DNA of 63,995 bases, the filler included, from Basidioascus undulatus (taxonomy: Eukaryota), in NCBI GenBank assembly GCA_000826855.1. It is 7 parts of 7 records of this genome, joined end to end, with 100 filler letters (N's around TTAATTAATTAA, not from the genome) between each part and the next. Parts side by side here need not be neighbours in the genome. Positions count along the whole stretch, not along the records: positions 1 to 9,166 come from JTLS01001291.1; positions 9,267 to 18,423 come from JTLS01001292.1; 5 more parts are not named here. One strand, given 5' to 3'. The stretch's first letter is position 1. Every line of letters starts with the position of its first letter. The notes beneath the pieces are model-generated. The model ran no database searches and was not told the DNA's origin. It was given only the letters and a program-made list of their open reading frames with translations. A program made the translations under genes and the position numbers. Shown here piece by piece: positions 1-13,172 of the stretch.

Positions 1-1664
1 CTCGTCTCGTAATCAACCATTGCCCTCACAAGCCCCGGGTAGCCCCCGTTGCGATCCGTTTCACTCTGCCGGATCCTGACAATCACTCATCTCCCTCAAA
101 TACAACATCCTCCCCAGGAGCTTGGAATAAATAGTGGAGCTTGGTAAGGTAGAGGTCCGCTTGCATGCGCCAGGATCCTCGTTTGTGCATGAACCTTCTC
201 GGTCAGAACCAGCCTTGTGCCCTGCTACCTGAAAGCTCTCGTCCTTCTCCTCCTCCACCACAAGGAACCTTTGACCACTTTCAGCTCTTATCTCCAAAAA
301 AAAACACCAGCCAATCTCCCTGTCTGTTCACTACATCAACTTTCCGTGCTCAGACAGGTCACCCGAGGGGACAGCACATATCATCATGGCCAAGCATGGG
401 AACTCGGAAATTTTGAAGAGTTAGAAGGCGACTATCGGGAGGGGTGTTGCAGAGCTGCTTGGGGAGAGCAGTAAGTGACCGCTTCATGGACTATGATCAT
501 TGCCTAGCTGTTGTGCTGCTTCCAAAAGACGTATGAGGGGCTTAAAATATTTCATTTACCTCACAACAGAACCTATGAACTGCACAATTGGCAATTGGCT
601 GGCAAACTACAAGTTATACAGGGTTGAAGATGCGCAGCTAGCTAGGTACTGGGGCTTGCTTCAACTACTACCTCCTTGGTGCAGTACTCTCTCAGTATTG
701 GAGTACTGGACAAAAACTTATCCATCTTCTTCATTTCTAGGCAGCACACAGGCCACAGGGTTCCACTCCAATTCCAAGGCAAACCATCACCTTTTTGAGT
801 ATTGCAAATGCGTCGACCCTCCCGCTTCGTATTGTTCCCGATGTAGGACCTCGTATACCGCTGAGTTTTTGGCGAACCCGACTGACTACAGGCGCGTCGA
901 GTCCCGTCGAGCGGCTATTGCGCGCCATTCCCCGCTCCCTGTTCCGCTTCGGCTTCCGCTCGCTCGCGTCGCCGCCGCCCCTCGCCCCTCGCCCCTGTCT
1001 AATTTTCCCCTCCTTCCTCTTTCTCCCACCTTCCCCCTCACGCCTTTCCATCTCCTCGTCCCCTCCAACGCTCGCCTCTCTCCACTCTTCCTCGTTCCGG
1101 GTGCCTCTGCGTACTCGACTCGTTCCCTTCATTCGTTCACTTCTCCAGCGGGTGCCTCTGTGCACTCGGCTCTTTCCCTATCTTGAATCCCTCCACCGGC
1201 TAGTGTCTCTGCCCACTCGCCTCCTTGCCTTCAATTCTTGCTTTCGAGTCAAACCCGTTCTTCCGTGAACATTTGCCGCTTTTCCGTTATCGGTGTCTGA
1301 TTGAGAGGTGGCAGCAGCTCTCGCGGGCAATCACAGTCATGAAGTCGGGTGTGCCCCGCTAGGGACGTTCTTGCATCTTGCACCCGATCCTCCCGCTCCT
1401 CGACCTATTACGGATCCCCCTAGAGAGTGTATTTGAGGCTCGGTCCTGACTGGGGTTTGGGACAGTTTTTGAGTACGCCTTTTGGGCAGCATTGTCTATC
1501 GATTCGGAACACTTGCCTCGTTCAATCTCAGGCACCATAAAGTGCACGCCTGAGCACGAGACTGAAAAAGCTCGAAGTTTCCTACGAACCAGTCAAGCTG
1601 GCGAGATCACCATCAATCACCGGCGAGCCCATACCTGGACTAGCAAGCCTTCGAAGGCCAAGAA

Positions 1665-2403
1665 ATGGACCTGCTGCGATTCACACCCATCATGTCGGAC
1701 ACTGGTTCCACCGAGGTCAACCTAAGGCTGTATCAATCTGACGGTAAATTTGGGCTGATTCTCAGATCCCCAAGCTCGCCGAATCCCATCAAGGCGTGCG
1801 CACGCCCGACCCGCCCATCCCAACTTCGCCGCACGCGGACGACTCGACGCTGCACATCCAGAACTCCAGGATCGATTGCAGTGTCCTCAGTCTATGCAGA
1901 TTAAATGGATACCGACTCCTACGATGGTTATATTTGAAGGTTGTGCCAGGCCTGACGGAGAAGGAACAGTCGATGGACGCATCGAAGGGGACAACGACGT
2001 CGACTTCGCTGGCTGGAGGAACACAGCCGCAAGCGGAACTGAAGGGGAAGAAATAGTATGTGCTGGTGATATAAATAATGCAAGACTCTCACTCACGCTG
2101 AAAGGATATCTCAAGGCTGTCTGTGGGAGTGTGGACCATGGAGGGTCTTGCCCGCTGTGTGAAAGGGACGATATTGTCTGTATCGAGTGCGAGACTACCG
2201 TATGCATCACGAGTTCGGTAGCTTGGAGCGGTGATACGTCCTTACAAAATCCAAGTCAACTTGCACCAAACTTATGCTTGGCTTCTACTGTGTTGTTACA
2301 GAAAGTCTGGAAGGCTCAAAGCGAAGGGAAGTTCAGTACTCATCATTCGTGCCGCTATTTGAGGGTCAGATCGAATGCGCCAGCTTCCTTTGCACCTCCA
2401 TGA
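1665..2403 (+). CDS. Possible spliced hypothetical protein with C-terminal CPLC..CIEC motif
   Basis: Adjacent ORFs 1665-1904 and 1876-2403 with an intron-like segment near 1796-1861 and a Cys cluster; splice phase not resolved, no family recognised. Confidence 0.2.
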
Positions 2404-2525
2404 TAGCAATTTCGGGACAAAAATTTAACACATAATTCAGTCTGTTCGTAGCCAGATCGTGATTGTCAATCCCGCCTTCTTTACCGAACAAGACAAAGCC
2501 CAGTAGTCACATCTCTTTCCACCGC

Positions 2526-5500
2526 TCAACGAAGCTCCACAACACCCTCCTGCCCATGCAGAGACTCGCGGTCGCCCGGGTCAATCACCCCGTTCTTGAG
2601 TTTGGACACGGAATCCGACTCGACATCCGAGGCGACCGTCTGGTTCGTGCCGACTTCGAGATGTGCCTTCTTGGCCTGCTCCCGCTTCCAGAGGTTTCTG
2701 ACGAATAGAACCGAAGCGACTATTTCTAGGGTTCAGTGCAAGCACAGGACAACTTTGGGAGTGGGAGAAGGCCGCCTACTGTGCACGCAGTCTGCCGAAG
2801 TCACCGGTATGGGCAACGCGGCAAGCAGTCAGTTAGCTGTTAAAGGCAATTTTTTCGCAAATTAAGAGAAGACACTAACAAAGAACCAGAATCGTGCCCT
2901 TCGTGGCCTTGGGCATGTCTGTCTGCTTCCAGACGAGCAGCGGGACCCAAGCCTCTGTTGAACCACCTCATCAGCATGACTGCGTATCAAAGTAACGTTG
3001 TTGACCTCCGAAAAATATAGGCCCCATCATTTGCGGTGCCCACAACGAATGCACGCTCCTCATTATCTAGAGGAAACAAGTCAGGCATGCCCGGAAGGTT
3101 GTCAGAAAGGTCAGGAGAGCGTCTGCACCTATGAGAAACGACTGCGACCCACCATCTGAGCAGATCTCATTAATCCATGCCAGGATTAGACCTTTTAGAA
3201 GTCATAACACTCCAGTCAGTTTATTTTCCTGGTAATGTGCGGCGGCGTTCTGCCGGCTCACCGCTCTGGCTAGAGGCAACACCAGAAAGGTACTGCGTAC
3301 GCGTGCGTCAGTGAGCAAGCCAGGTCAACACTCTGAAAACTGCTTACATATGCAAAAATTCTCGCCCCTGGGTTTTTATACAGAGGAAGCGCCAGGAGGA
3401 GGATGGCGGTCAGGACTCCGAAAGCCTGTGCAATGGCCAACAATGGCCAGGTGAGTACCCTCGGGCGTCAGCGCCGCAGACAGAGCTGCTTAGCTACGCA
3501 CTGAGCCTACTACAAAGCCAGGCCAGCGTCGTCCACGCAAAATACCATCCTGTGATTAGACAGAAGAGCCTGAGCAATCTCCGCATGAGAAGCACTGAGG
3601 GACATGTACCGAAGTCCACGCCATCACGTATGCGGATATGATCGTGACCGCGATGGTACCATTTGGCCACTGTGGAAACCAGGAACTGGTCAGCGTTTTT
3701 TTAAATTAAATCGATTAAATCTCAATTAGCGGCAGACTAGGTTGATATTCTCGACAGTGTAGTTGGGTTCTTGGGCTTTCAGCCTGCGAAGTGGCACTCA
3801 GCTCATCGGTGATCATGTTGACATTTCCCAACCAACTCACCAGAAAGTGAAGACGTCGGACATTCCGCCTATTTGAAAGCCGTCAAGATGCTGATACCGC
3901 AAGCTTACGTCCCTCCGAGCAACCTATGCACTTACCAGCATTGTTCCAGAGCTGTGGCGCCAGGCATCAGCGGCTGCTTAGAACCAAGAGAGTGATGGCC
4001 TTACAATGAATAGCCACGGGAGGACAAAGAACTTCCAAGATGTCACAATGCTCTTCACTTTTTCCTGTCAGGGTTGCAGATCCGTTAGGAAGGTCGGGCC
4101 GTGGAAGAGAGGAGGAACCATGGACCTTGGTGTATTTCCTGGCGGCCTTCCGTTCCTCATAAATCATGCGCTGCTTCATTATGTTGATGTCGCTTTGGGT
4201 CCACAGAAAGTTGGGCTTCATTTCGTCGGGGAAGTTGGGGTAGAGTAGAAAGCCGGTCAAGGCGATGGGAATAGAGATAACGGCGTCCTGTTAGCAGCAA
4301 TATGGATCAATAGGTTTCCTTAAGTTGCGCTAACTGTCTGAATGCTTACGATAATGAAGAGCCACCTGCAGTAATGAAGTTAATTCAGCCCTTTAGATCC
4401 ATGCGTTGTAAAATGTGCCGACAAACCTCCATCCTTGCAGCCCGTGGACCTCATGCAGATTCTTGTAGGCAGCGGCTTGTAAGAACTGCACACAGGGATA
4501 CGAATCAGTAGGGAGCACTCTGCCTTGGGGCGAGGGCTGGGTATTACCCCGGAGAACATCGATCCCATGAGCCCGGCGGTCCAGAAGATGACTGCACGCT
4601 GCAGAGTGAAGGGTAATAACACGATCAGTCGAACATACATGTGACACCAACGTCAGACTCACCTTTCCCAGCTCGTCTGTGCGATAGAATGAGCCGTTCA
4701 TGTACTGGGCCCCGGGGTAAAAGGCACTCTCAAACCTGACATAGCTTATCACCTCAGCCACCGAATCATTATCCGAGGCGCGAACTCTCGTACAGTCCAA
4801 CAAAGAAACTTTCATGTTGAAGGTATTGGTGAGTTATCCTGAATTGCATAACAGAAAACGACATACCGAATCGCATAGAGCGCGTTGACGGTTTTGACGG
4901 AGTATGAGGCTAGCGTGAAGATGCTCCACATGAACTGGACACGTTGCCCAGTATACCCGTGCATTTTGACCGAGTAGTGTGTTATATGACGTACTTGGCA
5001 GAAGGGGATCCAGAACCGGGGCGAAACTCGGGTGAGGATCATGCTGCCCATCAAAGAAGTCAGTAGTCTTTGACGAAACACTCGCAACGGGATCATGCGA
5101 ACTTGGAGGGGATTTGGCCAATCTGCTTGAAGAGAAATCCAGGCCATTTAGTGAAGCGATGAACTGTCCAAAAAGTATCAGGGCTTACAACATATCCCAC
5201 AGTCCAGCAGGCCACGACGTTGTTGTATTGATCTGGAGAATGTGACAAGTCAGTTGCACGATTCCAAGCTGAAGTACGGGTGTTCGCCGTAGAATTCACT
5301 TGCAACGAAGCCGAGGTCCTCCTTCATGCCAGAGACCTGCAAGAACGACAACATGAGCTCCCTCCCGGTTGCAAGTAAAGCAAGGCGCGCACGTAGGCAT
5401 TCTTGATGTTCGACTGGTCGAGGTTCCTACGAGCACTTGTGAGTCGGAATGTCCAACATCCAGAAAACAACCTTGACTCACTTGATGAAATATCCCATAG

Positions 5501-5753
5501 ACAGAAGGGTAATGAGAACGCAGTCGAGCTTGAAGATAACTCGGCGCCTGTGAACTGTAGAAGATCGCAGCGATGCTTACTCGCGGGGGTCCTTGTCGAG
5601 ACTGTCCCACACATGACGACCCCACCATGTCTTGCCCTTCTCAAGATCTCTACGTAAGAACTCGGTCCCTGGGATAGGCTCCGCCTGGATTAGAACGGGC
5701 CTGGCGCCGGCTAGTTCGCTGGACGGCGTGGAAGAGTTGTCGTTCTTCGCCAT
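2526..5753 (-). CDS. MFS anion:cation symporter, pantothenate transporter liz1/FEN2-like; complete, at least 20 exons
   Basis: Spliced peptides: [141 protein letters not shown]; ATG 5753, TGA 2526-2528. Confidence 0.9.
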
Positions 5754-6359
5754 TGTAGCCGGGAGAGCCGCTGAGGCGCTGGTAGAGCGAAGATGGGAAA
5801 AGATGTAACACCTGGGGGGCGACTGTGGAGTTATAAGTGACAGAGGGTGGAGGAACGGAATCACATCGTCGCATGTCTTGATGGCGAGCGCATTGTCGGA
5901 CTGCATTTACCTCATAACAGCAGGGACAGCGCAGGTCACGACGTCCATTTCCGCTGCGTGCTGACGAGGAACTGGTAACTACAGCCTCCATCTTGGCAAC
6001 ATTATTCCTGGATGTTCGAATTCCGCCAAAATTCCCAGCCGGTCAGAGTGCGAAATCAGTCGGATGAGGTTATGCTCAAGGATCGCGCAATCTGACGGAT
6101 AGGCACGCAATGGCCCGCTGGCAGACTTGCAGTGCACAGCGGCAGTGTCTTATTAGACTGCACAAAGCTAGCTATATTGCTGCAATATTCCATACATCTG
6201 AGTACAATGGCCAGAGCCCAGAAAATGCCGAAGCGCCATTGGAACTCACGAACCGATTGACTAGCCGAATCAGTTACAGCACCGTAAGGCTTCACAGTGT
6301 CCTCCACCGCAGTCAGGAACGCGCGCGGCCGCGACGTCTCCGGCGGAAGCCTCGGCTTC

Positions 6360-7701
6360 ATAAGAAGGAATAAGAAGGATGATGAAGACTTGTATGATTG
6401 CGTTCTACATCCATAAAAATGTAAGTGTTGAGTCTCAGCCAAGCGAGAACGGAAAGGACAAGAGCAGCATACTAAGTGAGCAGTTGCGCGCCGGCCGGGG
6501 ACACTGCAAAAAGGAAGATCGGGATCGAGGCGACCTGCGTTGCTGTCATCCGGGAACAAAGATATAAGCAATCGAAAGTGTATTTGATGTCCAGGAAAGG
6601 GTCTCACCGAGCATGATGAGTATCGCCACCGCGAGCGAGCCGATCCAGACCCACTTCCTCCAGCCCATCTCCATCAACAGCCGCCCGATGCCCCGCTCCT
6701 CACACCGCTTCGCCACCGCGTCCCGCAAGTGGAGCTACTGAGCCTCCTAAACAAGCGCGCGAAGACAATCTGCCCCAGCACCGCGAGGGACGCCTCGACG
6801 ATCGCGTTCAGGGTGTACGCGACTGCGAAGGCGGGCGGCATCGGCCCGGGCCGGAGCGCCGCGAGGAGCCGCCAGGTCAGGGAGGAGATGGAGAGGATGG
6901 TGATGAGGATCAGGGAAGCGCGTGGGATGAGGAGGAGGAGGTGCGTGCGACTGATGAGCGAGAGGGAGAGGAGGAGGTATTGCACTCCTGCGATAAACTG
7001 TCAGGTCGGACAGCCGGAGAGGAGGCGACAAACAGTAGAGACGTACGAGAGGTACTTGAGCGGGACGTGCAGCCCGTTGAAGATCGACACCGTGACGATG
7101 AGACCGACTGGCGGCGGCTTGAAGAACGCGGCTGCGCTCCCTGGTCCGAGGAGGCATGGAGGAGCGGCCGCAGTGGGCGCGGGTCCAGCTGGCGGAGCGG
7201 TTGAGATGCCCTCCTGGCGGCAATCGAGGAGATTCGAAAGCTCGGAGATGAGATTGGCTATAGTGGTTGATTCCGTGGCGGGGGGCAGACGAGGCGGGAG
7301 CATGAGGCCGGGCGGAGGCATCGCTGTGTGAAAGTTTCAGTCCAAAGCGGGCAGGAATGCATCGCCGTCTAGGTACGCACGCGGAAGGGCAAGACTGATA
7401 CAAGACCCGACGAAGAGCAAGAGCGCCGAACCGAGGATGAGGAGCATGGACCTGTCCACATTCCCGCCCGTCATATATCATCAGCCAGCACGTCTTCCGT
7501 TGAAGCAGGAGAAAGAGTCGCGCACAGCGGTAATCCGCCCTTCCTCCAGATCCACAGACCGGCGAGAATGAACGCCAGCGGGCCGAGCATGAGGAAGGAC
7601 AGCTGCGCGAGGAGGAGGATTACGCGCGGATTCGGCAGGTCGGGCGGGACAGCTGCGTCGCCGGCTGAGGCGGGCATCTCGGTCGGCATGGCCTGCGGCA
7701 T
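6360..7701 (-). CDS. Hypothetical multi-pass membrane protein (spliced; 3' end approximate)
   Basis: Several hydrophobic segments (LLLAQLSFLMLGPLAFILAGLWIW; LLILGSALLLFVGSCISLAL; LILITILSISSLTW; WVWIGSLAVAILIML); first two introns splice in frame; one apparent frameshift near 6730. Confidence 0.45.
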
Positions 7702-8616
7702 TTCGGGGATGGCGGTAGCTGCCAGGAGTAAACCTCGTAAGGATCATCACCTGGACAAAGCATCCAGAATCTCAGCGCACTCGATACTGCCTGCCCCACG
7801 CTTCCCTCCGCGCCTGTGGATGCTGCCGAAGACGTCGCGTCGGCACGATAACCAGCGTTTGACTCTGAACCGAACACCAGGGACGGCTCGACGATGGCCA
7901 CGGTCCGCCCCAAGTCTTCCAAAGAGAGGAAGATCATCCTGCCCTCGGCGGGGTTGACACCGGGGACGAGTGCGCGCCGCTCAAGGTTGAGCTGCGGCGG
8001 GGGCGTGGGAGCGGCGAGGGGGAGGGGAGGGGCTAGGTGAGCGACATCTCTGACGCCGCTCTGTACTCAAGAAAAAAGGGTAAAACAAGACAGGCGCCCA
8101 GCGCCGGAAACGGTATCGTGGGCGTCGGTGGCGAAGATGAGTTGCTGCGAAGGCGAACTTGAAACGCAGGTGCTGCAGCGGAAGATCGTCGCTGTCCAGG
8201 CACGGATCAGCGATCAGCGGACGCGTTGCTAGGCTACCTTCGGAGTCAGGCTGAATGTACCAGCGGGATGCCGAAGCTTTACAGATTATAACGATTTGAG
8301 GGTGATGCAGTGCAAGTATTGTTGCTTCCTGCACTGCTCAGCAGGCCTGAGGCGAGGCGAAGCGCGCTGCGACTGGGAAATGGACGCTTTGCTGTCCTCG
8401 AAAGAGTCAGTCTGTTGTACGCGGCTGCGAACTCCCCGCTACAAAAGATATCATGTACTCCTATATCTCTATGCACCGGCCAATGCAATGCGATGCAAGG
8501 ACGGGGAAAGCTCGTGTCAGCCCTGCGGGACACAGGCAAAGCAAGAAGCGTCCGATGCGCGACGAGATTCAACATCCGCGAGACCCTCGTCCTCACAGTG
8601 CGAAGAAAGTCGTACA

Positions 8617-9166
8617 TTAGGTCTTGAATACAATGATGAGAATAAGCAAAATGATGATTAGCAGAACGATGGTGATGCTCGAGCCTGTCCCAGCCCTCCC
8701 CTCGTCAGAGAGCGCCGCGCGCCACGCACACCCATTCAGGATGGGACGGATAAGAAGCAGAAAGACACACCATGCCCCTTCAACTTCTTACTGACCCTAT
8801 CCAACCTCCGCTGCGCGCCGCTGAGCCCGCGCTCCGTCCTGTCCACGCCGGACTCGACGTCGTCCAGCAAGGTGGAGTGCAGCTCGAGCTCGTCCCCGAT
8901 CGTCATGCCCAAATCCCGCTGTCGGCTGATCGCGAGCGAAAGCGAATCAAGGGAGCGGTCTTGGTCTGCGTGCGCGGGATGTCAGAGCTGACGGGGGGGA
9001 AGGGCAGGGAGAGGGGACGGGACACACCGTCCATGATGTCGCGCTGCATCTGCATGTGGTCGTATGCGCTTGGCTCGGGCGCGTCGGGGTCATCGCGGTA
9101 GGGCTGGTCTATGGGCGTGGCTGTTCGGGGGAGGTGCGGGGCGGGGAGAGAGTCGGAAGACGCAGC
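8617..9166 (-). CDS. SYN8: Qc-SNARE syntaxin-8/Syn8-like, 3' part (5' end cut by contig edge)
   Basis: MQMQRDIMD-DQDRSLDSLSLAISRQRDLGMTIGDELELHSTLLDDVESGVDRTERGLSGAQRRLDRV SNARE motif, then C-terminal TM anchor SSITIVLLIIILLILIIVFKT*. Confidence 0.85.
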
Positions 9167-9266
9167 NNNNNNNNNNNNNNNNNNNNNNNNNNNNNNNNNN
9201 NNNNNNNNNNTTAATTAATTAANNNNNNNNNNNNNNNNNNNNNNNNNNNNNNNNNNNNNNNNNNNN
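9167..9266. other. Artificial contig spacer
   Basis: 44 N + TTAATTAATTAA (stops in all six frames) + 44 N. Confidence 0.99.
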
Positions 9267-9765
9267 CGCTCTCGCAGGCAAGGACACCTGGGAGGACGAC
9301 TTCCTGATCGCCCGCCGCAGTACGTCTTCTTCCCTTTCCCCCCAATTCTTCCTCCCCTCCCCTCTTCTCATCTCACACGTCTATCTGCTCTGTAGAGGGA
9401 TCTATCATCACCTTCGGCAACGCCTCCGGCGCCGTCCCGCCCTTCGCGCCGCTCAAGCTGGCGGGCAAGAACCTCAAGGTCGCGCGCCCGACGCTCGGCA
9501 ACTACGTCGCGACGGCCGAGGAGCTCGATCGCTACGCGGCCGAGCTGTTCGACCTCGTCGCCAAGGGGACGGTCAAGCTCCGCGTACACGACGAGTACCC
9601 GCTGAGCACGCAGGGGATCCGGAAGGCGCAGGAGGTACGTGGGAGGGTACGGACAAGGGGAAGGGGGAGGGAAGAGCTGACGTGTGTTGGGGGTGGGGCG
9701 GATAGGACATCTCGGGGCGCGGGACGACGGGGAAGTTGATTGTTAACACGGCGAGGAAGGAGTGA
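9267..9765 (+). CDS. ZTA1: NADPH:quinone oxidoreductase (zeta-crystallin, MDR family), 3' part
   Basis: GKDTWEDDF..GSIITFGNASGAVPPFAPLKLAGKNLKVARPTLGNYV..DISGRGTTGKLIV; two introns; TGA 9763-9765. Confidence 0.9.
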
Positions 9766-11224
9766 GCGCGTGGGGGAGACGGCGGGGATGAGAAGGATTA
9801 CTTGATTCGATGATATAAATGAAGACACACGTTTCTGGAGAGTGTTGAGGCTCGGCATCGTGGAGGACTGGGCTGTTGGCAAAGCCTCCGTTGAACAGCC
9901 CGGCCCATTCTTATGTTAAGTTATATGACAATGTTATTGAGCAGATGATGAGCTGCGGCCGACGCGCCGTCTCATTGCAGGTTGCAGGGCTGGAGGCGCA
10001 GCTGGTTTTCGGCTGCGCTGCCGCACTCCTTCCACTTCTTCATTCCCCGAGGAATAGTGAATAGCGCCGGGTTTTGTGCCCATCAACAAGGAAAGAAATA
10101 TGGTCTCAAATGTAAGGGCGCCCCACAAGTGCAATTTCCCCAAAGGATGTGCGCTGCTTGACACAGTCCACTTCCCGAGCGGCGGCGACGGCAAGAATCG
10201 ACGTACAGATGTGGTCGCAGAAGATTCTATAAAGGGCTTGACAGTATCTTGGCTGACCTGGAAACATTCGGACAGCTGAGCGCTGTCGGGGAGGCCGCAG
10301 TGGTTGCGCGAGCGGTGGATTCGGCCAGACAAGACAGTTGAAGGTTTGGTTGTTTCTTGATCTTCATTCACTTGCGATATTAGTATCTACCGGATATGAC
10401 AATTTATAGGACTTCCTGTGCAAGATCCGACTTTCGACGATACTCGTGGGGGCGCCCGCATGCGTACACTCCATTTGGATGCCGCACTTCGCTTTGCCGC
10501 CAATCATCTCTCCAGAGGCCACTGATGGTAAGCTTCCACGATTTTACTTGGAAAGGATGTAACTTCTTTCCCACATGTAACTTTTGCCCCACTCCCCGGC
10601 AGGTGATTTGCGCAGGAACTCGACGCCGAACGGCCCGCGGGCGGAAGGAAGCCCACCTTGACCCTCGACCACATCCTCATCCCAGCCCGAACGCATTCAC
10701 ACGACAGTGGTCTGACCGTTTTCTCTCTCTCAAGGTATGTAGGGTATTTCCTGTGCACGCTAGCGGCGTTGCATGCAGAGCTCTTAATGCCTGAACCTAA
10801 CCCTGTAGTCCTTACAGGCTTGTAGCCCCTCGTGGTTCTCTCCTTACCCAGCTATCAATTGCTATTGCACCGAATCTCGCTACCGCACTCCGCAAACCAT
10901 CAGGGCTAGCCTGTCATCCCGATCCCTAATAAAAACATCTGAACAGCAACCTATGCTCCGGCTTATCGCAACGGTCTAATGATCAACAAAATTGAACAAC
11001 TCCTTAAGCGCCCGAAAACCCTCCAGATAGAGCGGTAAGCTTACTCACTTCGCTCCATGCATGGTTAGCGGGCGTACTGGGAAGCGGACGTCTCTCGCGA
11101 GGTCCCCGTGATGCAGTAAGCTTAGTTACCCTAGCTCTCTGTGCGCATGACCAGTGGGCAGTCCTCAGGAGCCCCCGCTCTGTCGAGAAGGCGATGTGTG
11201 CCGCTGCCTGTGCAGGCGTACTTT

Positions 11225-11230
11225 TATAAA
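11225..11230 (+). promoter_or_regulatory. Putative TATA box upstream of SnoaL-like gene
   Basis: TATAAA about 200 bp upstream of ATG 11425. Confidence 0.4.
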
Positions 11231-11424
11231 GCCGCTGTCGCGGACGGGGAAGATGGGCGGCCGCAATTTCTCATAACGTCACAAATAATCGAGCCATCCC
11301 ATTCAAGGCAACCTCTTTCTCACACGGTCATCATCACACCCCACACAAGGTGCGCGCACCTGAAACGCAAGGCCGAGAGCTTGTTCCCGGTATCCTAACC
11401 GACCTGCGCCCCGTTGACGGCAGG

Positions 11425-11841
11425 ATGCCTTCTTCCGATGCCAGTGTGCGGGTTATTCACGAGCTTTACGCGGCTGCCGCAGAGGGGATATCTCCGACTT
11501 TCTCGACGCAATGGACACGAACACTGAGGCGAACGTGTCAAGTTATCTTCCCTGGGGAGGCTAACATCGCCCGCGTCCGCCTTCCAAACAAATTGCCTTC
11601 CGCACATGAGCAAGTCGCTCGACTTATCAAGATACAGATCGTCGACATCAATGTCGCGGGCGAGGACCTTTGGGTGACGGTCAACTGTTCTGTGCTGGGC
11701 ACGGGAGAACCGCTCACGCTCGCTGAGCATTGGAAAGTTCGTGATGGGAAAGCCGTGTAGATGCAGGTCTTTTACTTTGACCCTACGGCGCTTAACAAGC
11801 AGGTTGCAGGCCTGGCAAATAGTGATTATGTAACGAGCTAG
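11425..11841 (+). pseudogene. SnoaL-like/NTF2-fold protein, intronless, disrupted
   Basis: Reconstruction: VRVIHELYAAAAEG(D)ISDFLDAMD..SSYLPWGG*..INVAGEDLWVTVNCSVLGTGEPLTLAEHWKVRDGKAV*MQVFYFDPTA; frameshifts plus in-frame TAG at 11758-11760. Confidence 0.65.
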
Positions 11842-12437
11842 TGCTGTAGGTGCGAGCAGTTAATTGTAATGTGAGGAATACAGGGATACGGAGTTTCGAG
11901 AGATACAAAGAGTGCCAATGAAATAAGTGCTGGCGTGTGCGATACCTGTGGAATTGCCATTCTTGAGCAAATTTCAATATATAATATGTTGACTTACGTG
12001 TTTCGCTGTTGCACTGCGAGATGTTGGAGGAGTTCGGCGTGGCACTGGACGGAAGAATTAGGGGAGCTTGGCTTGCGCTTGTATTGGTTTGGGTATTTTC
12101 CACCGACCCACTTGATGGCTGCAGACTAGATTGCATGCAGTGAGCGTAAAGAAAGTAAAGCGTCGAAAGCGTCACGGTGACTGCCCGCAAGGTACGATGC
12201 GATCAACCAGAGGGTATGAACAAGTCCGCGTTGAGATACAGTAAGGTGATCTGATCTGATGTACGTGCTTGGTTGGAGGCTAGAGGAAGCGCTTGGACGA
12301 CCCTCAGGTAAGAGCTAGTATCTCTCTCATGCAGACGATTGGGAATAGTTTTGGTTTCTTTACACTGAGCTAATAACCATGCTACTCGGACCAAGCTAAC
12401 AAATGTGCTACACGGACGGGTACAAACAACCGACGAA

Positions 12438-13172
12438 TCAGAATCCGACTTCGGTGGTGAGGCCGGGGGCATATCTCTCCCAGACACCTGAAAGTTGAGA
12501 ATGGGATCTTTGAGCTCGTCGATATCAGCCTGCTCGAGTTTGACCCTAGCCGACCCAACATTCTCCTCAAGGTACTTGATCCGCTTGGTTCCGGGGATGG
12601 CGACGAAATGATCGCCTTGAGCAAGTACCCACGCTAGGGCGAGCTGACTAGGCGAGACTCTTTTGCGCTCGGCGATGCTCTTAATGTCGTCGACAAGGCG
12701 GAGATTTTGAGCAAAATTTTCGACCGTGAAACGTGGGTTGTTCTTCCTCCAGTCGTCGTCGCTCAGGTCGGCGGGGGACTTGATTTGGCCTGTCAGAAAG
12801 CCCCTGCCTAATGAGTAGGCAACGACCGAGATTCCAAGCTCCTTGCACATGTCGGCGATCCCGCTGCGTGGCCGTACACAATGGTCAGACATAACGAACA
12901 TGTGACCTGGAGGCGTGGAAATCTCAAACTCGCTTTTTGAGGATGTCTGGTGTCCACGGCGAAAACTGTGAAACGGGCCGGTCAATAGGACGTTCGGTGT
13001 CAGTATCGTTCTCACCGGCGAAGACTGAAAAACAATCGGTCGCACCGTGATTTGAAGCGCATCGATCGGTGCAACAGCAGCAGCCCGCCTCAGAGTCTCG
13101 CAAAGTCCGATCGCGAAGCTTGCCCGCCGCCAACTTGTGCAGAGTGGCAACGGTCTCCTCGATGGGCGTGTC
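12438..13172 (-). pseudogene. Aldo-keto reductase (AKR13/yakC-like) lacking N-terminal third
   Basis: DTPIEETVATLHKLAAGKLR / IGLCETLRRAAAVAPIDALQI / FSPWTPDILK / GIADMCKELGISVVAYS-LGRGFLTG..PSQLALAWVLAQG..IPGTKRIKYLEEN..G(E)RY; two introns, small deletions (Pro of AYSPLGRG missing) and frameshifts. Confidence 0.85.

Noticed and set aside
1..1270. Overlapping ORFs and a stop-interrupted minus-strand frame
   Set aside because: No recognisable motif; the long ORFs are explained by GC-rich, pyrimidine-skewed composition
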